A stretch of 64,000 bases of DNA from positions 4,711 through 68,710 of the forward strand of contig DAOOPF010000002.1 in the NCBI GenBank assembly GCA_035388125.1, written 5' to 3'. The notes under the pieces were generated by a model, which saw only the letters and a program-made list of their open reading frames with translations, was not told the DNA's origin and made no database searches. Both the position numbers and the translations under genes were made by a program. Positions 1 through 8,333 of the stretch are shown piece after piece; within the stretch, counting starts at the first letter, position 1, and each line of letters begins with the position of its first letter. The stretch is from a bacterium. Its GTDB lineage: Bacteria; Zhuqueibacterota; Zhuqueibacteria; Residuimicrobiales; Residuimicrobiaceae.

Positions 1-806
1 AGCTCCCGGAAGAGCTCGATGGCCTCATTGAGCCGGTTGCTGCGCTCATAGAGCAGGCGCAATTCCGACTTGACCTCCTCAAAACCGCTCTGCCGGTTCA
101 GGGCTTCGCGATAGATCCGGATCGCCCCGGTCGTGTCCTTGCCTGCCTTGCTCAGCGCTGCCTGCGCAAGGTAGGAGGCCTCGAAATCCGGATCGCTCTT
201 TTGCACATCCAGATAGATCGTCCGGGCTTGCTCCAGAGCGCGGTGCTGAAAGAAGAGATGCCCGATGCGAAGGCGGTACTCGGGGTCCACCAGTCCGGCT
301 TCAACCAGGCGGCGGTAGGAGACGAGGGCTTTGTCGTAGGATTTCGAGATGATCTGCAGGGTGGTGAGACTGTACAAACTCTCCATATCATCAGGAGTCA
401 GGGTGGTGATGCGCTCGTAGACATCCGCCGCTTCGCTGAATTTGCGCTGCTTCTCCAGATTGGCGGCCATAAGCTCCAGGGCATCGATGCTTTTCCCATC
501 CTGCTGCAGCGCTTTTTTGGCCATCCGGATGCTGGAGTTGTATTCCTCGAGCAGATAGTAATTCTCTGCGAGCGCCAGGTAGATCCCCGCGGAAGAAGAA
601 TCAATCTCAGCCGCCTGATGATACTCCACCAGGGCATTTTTGGGCTCCCCGAGGAGATCCTCGATCGTGCCGTTGATGATATGGCGCATGGCTTCGCGAT
701 TGTAATGCCGCCGGGCGGGTTGGATGACGGTCGTGTCACGGCTGCCTGCACAGCCGCCCAATCCGATCAGCAAGAGAACAAGCAGTGTATGAACAAGTGG
801 TTTCAT
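1..806 (-). CDS. TPR-repeat lipoprotein; its 3' end runs off the left window edge, so it is absent from the ORF track
   Basis: My own reverse-strand translation from the ATG at 804-806 gives MKPLVHTLLVLLLIGLGGCAGSRDTT, a signal peptide with a lipobox-like LGGC. The rest is helical repeats (AGIYLALAENYYLLEEYNSSIRMAKKALQQD; EASYLAQAALSKAGKDTTGAIRIYREALN). The frame stays open to base 1. Confidence 0.7.
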   Translation of the reverse strand, partial: MKPLVHTLLVLLLIGLGGCAGSRDTTVIQPARRHYNREAMRHIINGTIEDLLGEPKNALVEYHQAAEIDSSSAGIYLALAENYYLLEEYNSSIRMAKKALQQDGKSIDALELMAANLEKQRKFSEAADVYERITTLTPDDMESLYSLTTLQIISKSYDKALVSYRRLVEAGLVDPEYRLRIGHLFFQHRALEQARTIYLDVQKSDPDFEASYLAQAALSKAGKDTTGAIRIYREALNRQSGFEEVKSELRLLYERSNRLNEAIELFRE

Positions 807-882
807 TTTGAGCCCAGGATTAAATTAAGAATAAAATTTAAAGCTATTTAGGCTCAATCACAAGAGAAAAATCGGCCGCCGC

Positions 883-1791
883 TTACCGCTCCTGCAACCC
901 GGTGTTGGAGGAGCCCCCGCGTTCGTTGGCCAGGGTCAGGGCAACTCCGGCCAGGATGATCAATCCGCCCCAAATCGTCAGTCTGCTGATATGCTCCTGG
1001 AGGATGATGAAGGCGAGCAGGGTGGCACCAATGGGCTCGGCGAGGGTGAAGATCGACACCGTAGTGGCCGAGTAGTGCTTCAGTGCCCAGTTAAGGCTGG
1101 TGTGACCGATCACCTGGGGCAGCAGGGCGATGGCAAAAAGCAGGAGCCAGGTGCGCGGGTCAAAACCGGTCATTGGCTGACCGGAAGAGAGGGTGACCGT
1201 CAGGGCAACGAACGCTGCGACACTGTAGACAAGACCGACATAGCGCACCGTATCGATCTCTGTGCGCAGTCTGCGGCCGATCAGATAATAGCCTGCGGCG
1301 CCCAGCGCACCGATCAGCGCCAGGACGTTGCCGATCATCCGGTTCTCCCCGCCGCTGCCGGCGCCAAGGCTGATGGCCACACTGCCGCCCAGCGCCAGCA
1401 CCATGCCGGTCACCGTCAGACGGGTAGGCCGCTCATGCAGAAACAGCCAGCTGCCCAGGACGACAAAAACAGGAAAGGTCTGAACCAGAACCACAGAAAT
1501 CGCAACCGAGGTGTAGCGCAGCGAGGAGATCCAGGCGAGAAAATGGATGCCGAGAAACAGACCGGAAAGCAGGGCCCAACGGCGGGAGCGCGATGTATAG
1601 GCCCGCCAGACCGGCTTGCGCTGGAAGCGGGCGACGGCCAGATAGACCAGGGCGGCGATAAGCAGACGATAGCTGCTGATGACGAACGGCGGCGCCGGAC
1701 AGAGCTTGATCAACACGGAGGAGAGCGAGATGGAGATGAGGCCCGCGCCGAGGATGACCGGCGCCTGCCATCGAGCAACGTTTCCGGCCAT
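883..1791 (-). CDS. EamA/DMT-family permease
   Basis: 302 aa, about 10 hydrophobic helices arranged as two similar halves, the typical drug/metabolite transporter pattern. It lies 4 nt downstream of rnz. Confidence 0.7.
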   Translation of the reverse strand: MAGNVARWQAPVILGAGLISISLSSVLIKLCPAPPFVISSYRLLIAALVYLAVARFQRKPVWRAYTSRSRRWALLSGLFLGIHFLAWISSLRYTSVAISVVLVQTFPVFVVLGSWLFLHERPTRLTVTGMVLALGGSVAISLGAGSGGENRMIGNVLALIGALGAAGYYLIGRRLRTEIDTVRYVGLVYSVAAFVALTVTLSSGQPMTGFDPRTWLLLFAIALLPQVIGHTSLNWALKHYSATTVSIFTLAEPIGATLLAFIILQEHISRLTIWGGLIILAGVALTLANERGGSSNTGLQER

Positions 1792-1794
1792 GCC

Positions 1795-2736
1795 TTACTC
1801 CTCTTTCACCGGAGGCAGCGACCAGCAGGTGAGATCCTCGGGGAGATAGGTTTCGGGGAACAGCGGCCGGGCCTGCTCAAGCAGGAGATGGTCGTCCGCT
1901 TCACCCATCCTCCCGCTGAGATGCCAGAGATAGAGCCGCCTGGCTCCAGCCGCACGCGCCAACATGGCCGCTTCGGCGGCGGTGCTGTGCCCGGTCTCCT
2001 CGGCCAGGGGTAAAAGTTCTGCGCTGAAAGTGCTGTCATGCAGAAGCACATCAACCCCCCGGGCGAGTTCAATTCCGGCCGGGCAGGGACGGGTGTCTGT
2101 GCAGTAAGCGATGCTGGATCCCTGGCGCGGCGGCCCCATCACCTGGCCGGGTATGATCTGACGGCCGTCCTGCAGCACGACAGCCTCTCCTTCCTGCAGG
2201 CGCCGCCGCAGCGGCCCCTCTGGGATGCCCAGTTTCCCGGCCGCAGCGATGTCGAATCGGCCCGGGCGCGAATTGGCGCAGATCCGGAATCCGTAACAGG
2301 GCTTGCTGTGCTGCAGCCGCATGGCCGAAAAGGAAAAACGCTCGAGCCGTATCTCGCCGACTTGCTCTTCATCCCATTCATGGATATGCTGCTCAAACCG
2401 TGTGCGGTGGCCGGTGACGGCGGCGATGTTCTCCAGAAATTGGCGCAGGCCTGCTGGTCCCCAGATATGCATCGGCTCCCTGCGATCCAGAAGATGCTGG
2501 GTGGTCAACAGACCCGGCAGTCCGAAAATATGGTCACCGTGCAGATGGGAGATAAGGATGTGGCGGATGCGGGCGGGAGAGAGTCCGGCGGCCATCAATC
2601 GCTGCTGAGTTCCTTCGCTGCAATCGCAAAGGACGGTTTCGGCCGGAAAGGCGATGGCCAGGGTGGGCAAAGCCCGGCGCAGGGTGGGCACTGCAGCACC
2701 GGTACCCAGAAAGAAGAGCCGGATGGAGTCCGCCAT
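1795..2736 (-). CDS. rnz: Ribonuclease Z (short form, metallo-beta-lactamase fold)
   Basis: N-terminus LFFLGTGAAVPT, the motif ISHLHGDHIFGLPGLL (HxHxDH), and a length of 313 aa. Confidence 0.85.
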   Translation of the reverse strand: MADSIRLFFLGTGAAVPTLRRALPTLAIAFPAETVLCDCSEGTQQRLMAAGLSPARIRHILISHLHGDHIFGLPGLLTTQHLLDRREPMHIWGPAGLRQFLENIAAVTGHRTRFEQHIHEWDEEQVGEIRLERFSFSAMRLQHSKPCYGFRICANSRPGRFDIAAAGKLGIPEGPLRRRLQEGEAVVLQDGRQIIPGQVMGPPRQGSSIAYCTDTRPCPAGIELARGVDVLLHDSTFSAELLPLAEETGHSTAAEAAMLARAAGARRLYLWHLSGRMGEADDHLLLEQARPLFPETYLPEDLTCWSLPPVKEE

Positions 2737-2751
2737 GGGTGTGCGCTCCCC

Positions 2752-3381
2752 CTACGGCTTTGGCCGGCCGAAGCGGTTCTCGGTGCCGTTGAGCAGGCGC
2801 TTGATATTGGCGCGGTGGGTATAGACGATCAGTGCGGCCGCGAAGAAACTGAAAAGATAAAAGGGCAGCGGCACCTCGCGGCCGATCCCGTAACGGAAAA
2901 TGGTCAGAATGAGGGGGAAAGCGATCGCCGCGCTGATGGAGGAGAGGGAGACGATGCGAGTTGCCAGCAGGACCGCCCCAAAGATTAAAAAGCAGTAGAG
3001 TACGGCTTCAGGGAAAAGGGCCAGCAGCATGCCGGCGGCAGTGCCCACCCCCTTGCCGCCGCGAAATCCGGCAAAAATGGTCCAGATGTGGCCGAAAACT
3101 GCAGCAATGCCGGCACCCAGCTGCAGCAGGTGCGGATCGGCCAGGTTGGGCGCGATCCACTGCGGCAGCCAGAAGGCGGCGACAAAACCCTTGAAAACGT
3201 CCACCAGGGTGACGAAAAGCCCTGGTTTCCAGCCCAACACCCGGAAGACATTGGTGCCCCCGGCATTGCCGGAGCCATGCTCACGAATGTCAATGCCGCG
3301 CAGCACTTTTCCGACGATGATGCTGGTGGGAATGGAACCGATCAGATAGGCCAGTGACAGGACGATCAGGGCAGCGAACAT
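2752..3381 (-). CDS. plsY: Glycerol-3-phosphate acyltransferase PlsY (acyl-phosphate dependent)
   Basis: MFAALIVLSLAYLIGSIPTSIIVGK...HGSGNAGGTNVFRVLG. I chose the ATG at 3381; the track ORF extends to 3435, which would overlap the upstream gene. Confidence 0.85.
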   Translation of the reverse strand: MFAALIVLSLAYLIGSIPTSIIVGKVLRGIDIREHGSGNAGGTNVFRVLGWKPGLFVTLVDVFKGFVAAFWLPQWIAPNLADPHLLQLGAGIAAVFGHIWTIFAGFRGGKGVGTAAGMLLALFPEAVLYCFLIFGAVLLATRIVSLSSISAAIAFPLILTIFRYGIGREVPLPFYLFSFFAAALIVYTHRANIKRLLNGTENRFGRPKP

Positions 3382-3409
3382 AAATGGGCTCTCTCCAATA
3401 ATGGTCCGT

Positions 3410-5224
3410 CTATTCGGGCATGGGATCGCCCGCAACCGCGATGGCGGTCGATCCTATGCCGGTGTGCAAACCCAGGGCCGGTGAGGCATCCAGGACGGGG
3501 ATGTCGGCATCCGCGAATTCCTGCTGAATCGCGCGGCAGAGGTTTCCAGCCAGCTCCGGGGCCAGCATGTGGACGATAATGAAACGGGGATTGACCAATC
3601 GGCGCGCATGAGCGCGGGCCAACTCTACCGATTTTTCTGCAAGCCGTTTGCGGCCGATCACCTTTCCGGCCTCAACGATCCGTCCTTCTTTGTCAATGGA
3701 GATCAGCGGCTTGATTTGCAGCATGGTGCCGAAAAAGCCCTGCGATTTGCCGACGCGTCCGCTGCGGACCAGGTACTTCAGAGTCGGTATCGCCACAAAG
3801 ATGCGGCACCGGTCGATCACCCCGGTGATCTTTTCCTTGATCTCCGCCAGCGGCAATCCCGCTTCGATCATCCTGGCCGCCTCATGCACAATCAGCCCGA
3901 GCGCGGCGGAGGTGGTGCGGCTGTTGATCACTTCAATCGGCAGCCGGCCGGCCAGCTGCCGCGCGCCATTGTAGGCCCCCTGGATGGTGCCGCTGAGAGC
4001 CTCGGAGATGTGAATCGACAGAATAGACTCGTAGCGCTCGGCCAGTTTTTCATATAGAGTTGTGTAGAACGCGGCCGGCGGTTGAGAGGTGGTCAAACGC
4101 TCGCCGCCTCTCTCCAGGATCTTGTAGAAATCGTAGGCGCTGATCTCTTCCCGGTCACGATAGCTGCGCGCCCCGACATTGATCATGACCGGGACGATGT
4201 GGATATCATATTTGGTGATCAACTCGGCGGGCAGGTCGCAGGTGGAGTCCGTCACCAGGGCGATACCTCGTTTCGGCGCCAGACTGGCCGCATCGTCATA
4301 CTGTTTTTGCATGTCTTCGGCCTTGGTCTGCAGCAAGGTGCCGTGCTCGGCCGCGAGCGAAAACACAGCTTCCGGGTCGTTAGTGTGGATGTGAATACGC
4401 ACTTTGTGATTACCGCCCACAACGATGAGGGAATCTCCGAGCGGCAGCAGCGCCTCCTGCATCCGGCGGCGGTCGAGCCCCTCCCCCTGGACGAGGCACT
4501 CGGTGCAATAGCGGAACCTGATTTCGTCGTCCATCTTGTGAAAATGAAAATGGCGCAGCTTTTCCACCACATGACTGCTCGCCCGATAAGCGGCGATCTT
4601 GCCGGAATCGATAAAATCGGCTAGCCCCTCGAGCAGATGCACAAAACCCTGGGCTCCCGCATCGACGACCCCGGCCTTGCGCAGGGCCTGAAGCTTGTTC
4701 GGAGTATCAGCGAGGGATTCCCGCGCCCGCGCCAATCCATCCTGGAAAAGGCGGACAAAATCCTCTTCGCCCATCGCCTGCTCCCTGAGAAAGCTGGACC
4801 AATCCTGGATGACGGTGAGGATGGTGCCTTCGCGGGGATTGGAGAGGGCTTCCCGCGCCCGGACCGCGGCCACAGAGACCACATGGGCGAACTCTTCCGG
4901 CGAGAGTCTGGCCCGCCCTCCGGCGCCTTCCGCCAGGCCTTGAAAAAACTGCGCCAGGATGGCGCCGGAATTGCCGCGCGCTCCCGACAGTGCCCCCTCG
5001 GAGATGCAGCGGCACACATCCGTCAGCGAGGAGAAGGGACACTCCTGTGCACTCTCAACAATACTCTTCATGGTGAGCGCCATGTTGGTGCCGGTATCAG
5101 CATCCGGTACCGGAAAGACATTTATGTTGTTGAGCGCTTCCTGCATCTCGCTGATGCGGCCGGCAGAAGCGATGATGGCTCTTTTCAGGCGCGCACCATC
5201 AATATATCTGATTTTTATTTTCAT
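3410..5224 (-). CDS. Fusion protein: Dak2/FakA-type N-terminal and middle domains joined to a complete DegV (FakB-type) fatty-acid-binding domain
   Basis: Dak2 motifs DADTGTNMALTM and RGNSGAILAQFFQG. FakA-like middle segment YCTECLV...GDSLIVVGGNHKVRIHIHT. DegV motifs from about residue 320: IALVTDSTCDLP, TTSQPP, ILSIHISEALSGTIQGA. Confidence 0.8.
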   Translation of the reverse strand: MKIKIRYIDGARLKRAIIASAGRISEMQEALNNINVFPVPDADTGTNMALTMKSIVESAQECPFSSLTDVCRCISEGALSGARGNSGAILAQFFQGLAEGAGGRARLSPEEFAHVVSVAAVRAREALSNPREGTILTVIQDWSSFLREQAMGEEDFVRLFQDGLARARESLADTPNKLQALRKAGVVDAGAQGFVHLLEGLADFIDSGKIAAYRASSHVVEKLRHFHFHKMDDEIRFRYCTECLVQGEGLDRRRMQEALLPLGDSLIVVGGNHKVRIHIHTNDPEAVFSLAAEHGTLLQTKAEDMQKQYDDAASLAPKRGIALVTDSTCDLPAELITKYDIHIVPVMINVGARSYRDREEISAYDFYKILERGGERLTTSQPPAAFYTTLYEKLAERYESILSIHISEALSGTIQGAYNGARQLAGRLPIEVINSRTTSAALGLIVHEAARMIEAGLPLAEIKEKITGVIDRCRIFVAIPTLKYLVRSGRVGKSQGFFGTMLQIKPLISIDKEGRIVEAGKVIGRKRLAEKSVELARAHARRLVNPRFIIVHMLAPELAGNLCRAIQQEFADADIPVLDASPALGLHTGIGSTAIAVAGDPMPE

Positions 5225-5266
5225 GACCCCTACCCGTCAAAACGGCGCAGGATTTGCCGCCACCGG

Positions 5267-6679
5267 TCAATTGGTGAACTGGGCAGTCACAGCACCGAAC
5301 GTCTTCGCTCCACTCGAACTGTCCGTCAAAAGGAGCGGTGATTTGCCGAATTGGCTCTTTAACCGCGAGATCAGATTTTGCACATGGTCCGTTTTCCCGG
5401 ATTTACACAGCACAACCACAGCGCCGGCCGCCCCCCAGGGCATGGCCCTCGCACCGTAAATTCCTGCCTCGCCGATCATCCGCTCCGATGCTTCCACCAG
5501 CCAGTTGGCATCTTCGCTGACCATACCTGAGATCCGGCTGAAGTGGTCATGAGAGGCCGCAAGCAGAGCCCCTGCCTCCCGGCAGTGCACTTCGTCCGGG
5601 TTCGATCCGCCCTCCTGCATCAAGCGCATGAAGGCATGCACCCGCCCGGCCTCCTCAATGGCAAACTCCAGCATGGTACGGGGCATATAACGCTTTTCGG
5701 GATCGACCTCCTCTTCCCCTTCCCATGAGCCGGGGTGGTTTCGCAGAAATTCCGCACCTGAACAGCGATAGGGGACCATTTTTTTCAGTACCTTCTGCCA
5801 GAGCTCCTCCGGCACCGAGGCGGGATCCTCCGCCGCCGGGCGCAGGGAGTCCTGGCCGGCCAGCGCCTCCCGCAGCAGGGTGCGGCCGATCAGGAGGCTC
5901 ACACACGTCTCGTTCAGCTTCTGCCACTCCGCTGTCCTGCGCACTCCGGTGTCAATGGCCAACAGCTGCAGATTCGGCGGCAGGGGAAGGAAGGATTTGA
6001 TCTCCGCCGGCTCCCCTTGCAGGAGAGCGAACTGTCCCTCTTTGCCGAAAAGAAAGGTCTGAAAATCCGGTGGGCCGCATTTCCGCCGCATGATCTCCTG
6101 CTCGATGCGGAATGCCCATTCCGCCAAATCGGCTTTCCCGGAGGGCAAGGCATAAGCCTCCTGCAGCGCCAGCAGCAGGGCGGTCAGCAGCGCGCCGGAG
6201 TAGCCCAGCCCGGCGCCGGCCGGAAGAGCGCTCTCGATGGCGATGTTCACACCCAACCCGCGGCTCTTCTCCTGCAGCAGAGGATTGAGCAGGGCTAAAG
6301 CCGCGAGCACGCTGCCGGTCCAGCTTTTTTCAGCAGCAGCCGAGAGGCCGCGCAGCATTTTCCAGTCCGGCTGCGCCGCCGCTTCGAGCAGATCGTCAAG
6401 TCGGTATTCCACCGTCAGCACCCGTTCCCGGTTGAGATTGAGATTGCGGATGAGTATGCGGCGGTCCAGCCGAGGCTGCACTGCGACGATGACTGCCTGC
6501 GAGAGTGGAAAGTGCAGAACGGGCATGGCCGCCAGTGCGGTCGCTCCTCCCAACAGATCCAACCGGCCGGGCGCACGCGCGATGAATACAGGGCGCCCGG
6601 GGGCAAAGAGACCCCCAAGATTTTTCTGCAGCAGCCGGCGAAAGTTCAGCAGGTCGGCAGGTAGTTGAGTATCAGCCAT
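5267..6679 (-). CDS. GHMP-family kinase, divergent galactokinase-like (sugar-1-kinase candidate)
   Basis: N-terminal ARAPGRLDLLGG (compare galactokinase APGRVNLIGEH) and a GHMP phosphate-binding loop LPAGAGLGYSGALLTALLLAL. At 470 aa it is longer than canonical GalK. Confidence 0.6.
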   Translation of the reverse strand: MADTQLPADLLNFRRLLQKNLGGLFAPGRPVFIARAPGRLDLLGGATALAAMPVLHFPLSQAVIVAVQPRLDRRILIRNLNLNRERVLTVEYRLDDLLEAAAQPDWKMLRGLSAAAEKSWTGSVLAALALLNPLLQEKSRGLGVNIAIESALPAGAGLGYSGALLTALLLALQEAYALPSGKADLAEWAFRIEQEIMRRKCGPPDFQTFLFGKEGQFALLQGEPAEIKSFLPLPPNLQLLAIDTGVRRTAEWQKLNETCVSLLIGRTLLREALAGQDSLRPAAEDPASVPEELWQKVLKKMVPYRCSGAEFLRNHPGSWEGEEEVDPEKRYMPRTMLEFAIEEAGRVHAFMRLMQEGGSNPDEVHCREAGALLAASHDHFSRISGMVSEDANWLVEASERMIGEAGIYGARAMPWGAAGAVVVLCKSGKTDHVQNLISRLKSQFGKSPLLLTDSSSGAKTFGAVTAQFTN

Positions 6680-6789
6680 ATGGGGAGGCAGCTCCTCTCG
6701 GTTAACCCCGGTTCAACGCAGGCTAAAATACAACATACCCCTTAAGCACTCAACACGTCAGGCAAGACCGCTTGAGGGTTGTCGATCTT

Positions 6790-8082
6790 CTATATCTCCG
6801 TTCCATCGTGAATTACAGCGTTTTTCATGACGATGGTGATGCCCTTGCTGATCCAGATACCCTCAGCCTCCCGCTCGGCCTCGCTGACACCGGCGCGGTT
6901 GAGGATGCGCACATTGGCGCCAATCCTGGCATTCTTGTCGATGATCGCGCGCTTGAGCACGCAACCGGCGCCAATCCCGATCGGTGGAATCCCGCTGGCC
7001 AGATCTTCCCGGCGCTCCCTCTCCATTTGATAATGATCGGCCCCCATGACCAGGCAATCCTCGATACAGGAGCCGGACGCAATCCGGCTGCGGATGCCGA
7101 TGATCGAGTGGCTGATCTGTGCATCCTCGATATGGCCCCCTTCGCAGATCAGTGACTGGACGATCGTGCTCTTCGACACCGAGCAGGGCGGCAGGAAACG
7201 CGGCCTGGCATAGACCGGAAAATCGGCGTTGAAAAAATCAAAACTGGGGCGTGGCTGCGTCAGCAGCTGCATATTGGCATGGTAAAAGGATTCTATGGTA
7301 CCGATATCCTCCCAGTAGCCGTTGAAGAGACAGGCATTGATCTTCAGCTCGCTGACCGAAGAAGGGATGATCTCCTTGCTAAAGTCGGCATAATTGCTCT
7401 TTTGGCGCAGCAGGCTGATCAGGACCTCCTTGCGAAAAAGATAAACCCCCATCGATGCCAGAAAGGGCTTGTCCGCAGGGATCTCACGCCAGGGCCCGGA
7501 GGCCCGGGGTGCCATGGCCATGCCGTTCAGCCCCTCCTCCCCTTTGGGCTTTTCGCGGAATTCTACCACTTTGCCGTCATCATCGATGCGCACGATGCCA
7601 AAGTCGGAGGCCTGCTTCTGCGCGACCGGAACGACTGAGATGGTGATATCGGCGCCGCTCTGCAGATGCGATTCCAGAAAAGGGCGATAATCCATGCTGT
7701 AAAGATGGTCGCCGGAAAGGATGAGATACTCATCCACCTTGTGGTCGCGGATCGTGGAGAGATACTGGCGTACTGCATCCGCTGTCCCCTGAAACCAGTG
7801 GGAATGTTCGGGGGTTTGCTGCGCGGCAAGGATTTCGACAAAGCCGTCGCTCAAGTGCGAAAAATGGTAGGTTTGAGTAATATGGCGATTGAGCGAGGCG
7901 GAGTTGAACTGTGTCAGTACATAGATGGAATTGATACCGGAGTTGATGCAGTTGCTGACGGGGATGTCGATGAGGCGATACTTCCCGGCGAGGGGAACAG
8001 CGGGCTTGGCGCGCATCTTGGTCAGAGGGTAGAGACGGGTCCCTCGTCCACCGCCGAGGATGATGGCCAGAACTCTTTGCAT
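6790..8082 (-). CDS. glgC: Glucose-1-phosphate adenylyltransferase
   Basis: [44 protein letters not shown], with C-terminal left-handed beta-helix repeats. 430 aa. Confidence 0.85.
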   Translation of the reverse strand: MQRVLAIILGGGRGTRLYPLTKMRAKPAVPLAGKYRLIDIPVSNCINSGINSIYVLTQFNSASLNRHITQTYHFSHLSDGFVEILAAQQTPEHSHWFQGTADAVRQYLSTIRDHKVDEYLILSGDHLYSMDYRPFLESHLQSGADITISVVPVAQKQASDFGIVRIDDDGKVVEFREKPKGEEGLNGMAMAPRASGPWREIPADKPFLASMGVYLFRKEVLISLLRQKSNYADFSKEIIPSSVSELKINACLFNGYWEDIGTIESFYHANMQLLTQPRPSFDFFNADFPVYARPRFLPPCSVSKSTIVQSLICEGGHIEDAQISHSIIGIRSRIASGSCIEDCLVMGADHYQMERERREDLASGIPPIGIGAGCVLKRAIIDKNARIGANVRILNRAGVSEAEREAEGIWISKGITIVMKNAVIHDGTEI

Positions 8083-8110
8083 GAGTGGCCCTCCGGCCGT
8101 TTACATGGCG

Positions 8111-8136
8111 AGTTACAGACGAAATTTTCTGTAACT
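8111..8136. promoter_or_regulatory. Perfect 9-bp inverted repeat AGTTACAGA-N8-TCTGTAACT in the glgC leader/promoter
   Basis: Read directly from the sequence. The arms are 8111-8119 and 8128-8136. The repeat overlaps the predicted glgC -10 hexamer. Confidence 0.5.
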
Positions 8137-8161
8137 TACACATTTGCCATCACAATGTCAA
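8133..8161 (-). promoter_or_regulatory. Candidate sigma-70 promoter for glgC (TTGACA-N17-TAAGTT on the minus strand)
   Basis: -35 is the reverse complement of 8156-8161 and -10 is the reverse complement of 8133-8138. The glgC start is at 8082. Confidence 0.4.
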
Positions 8162-8248
8162 TATCTAGTTGACAAGGCCGCGCAGCGGTGACGCAATCAC
8201 GTGTCCGCCGCCCTCCGGCGAAGCACAGCCGCAGCGAGCAAAAAAAGG

Positions 8249-8277
8249 TTGAATGAATGGCAATGACTCGTTATATT
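8249..8277 (+). promoter_or_regulatory. Candidate sigma-70 promoter for the GT2/PGM operon (TTGAAT-N17-TATATT)
   Basis: Hexamers at 8249-8254 and 8272-8277, about 57 nt upstream of the ATG at 8334, which is preceded by AAAGGAG. Confidence 0.45.
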
Positions 8278-8333
8278 AGACATGGTAATGTCAAGCCGGC
8301 CAACGGCCATCGCCTCCAAAAAAGGAGTTTTCT

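Noticed and set aside
3382-3435. N-terminal extension of the plsY ORF (and, likewise, 23433-23564 for deoC, 38293-38340 for dnaA and 29563-29676 for the FecR-like gene)
   Set aside because: These extensions overlap the neighbouring gene, add non-conserved residues, and lack ribosome-binding sites. Internal ATGs with better context match the usual family N-termini.
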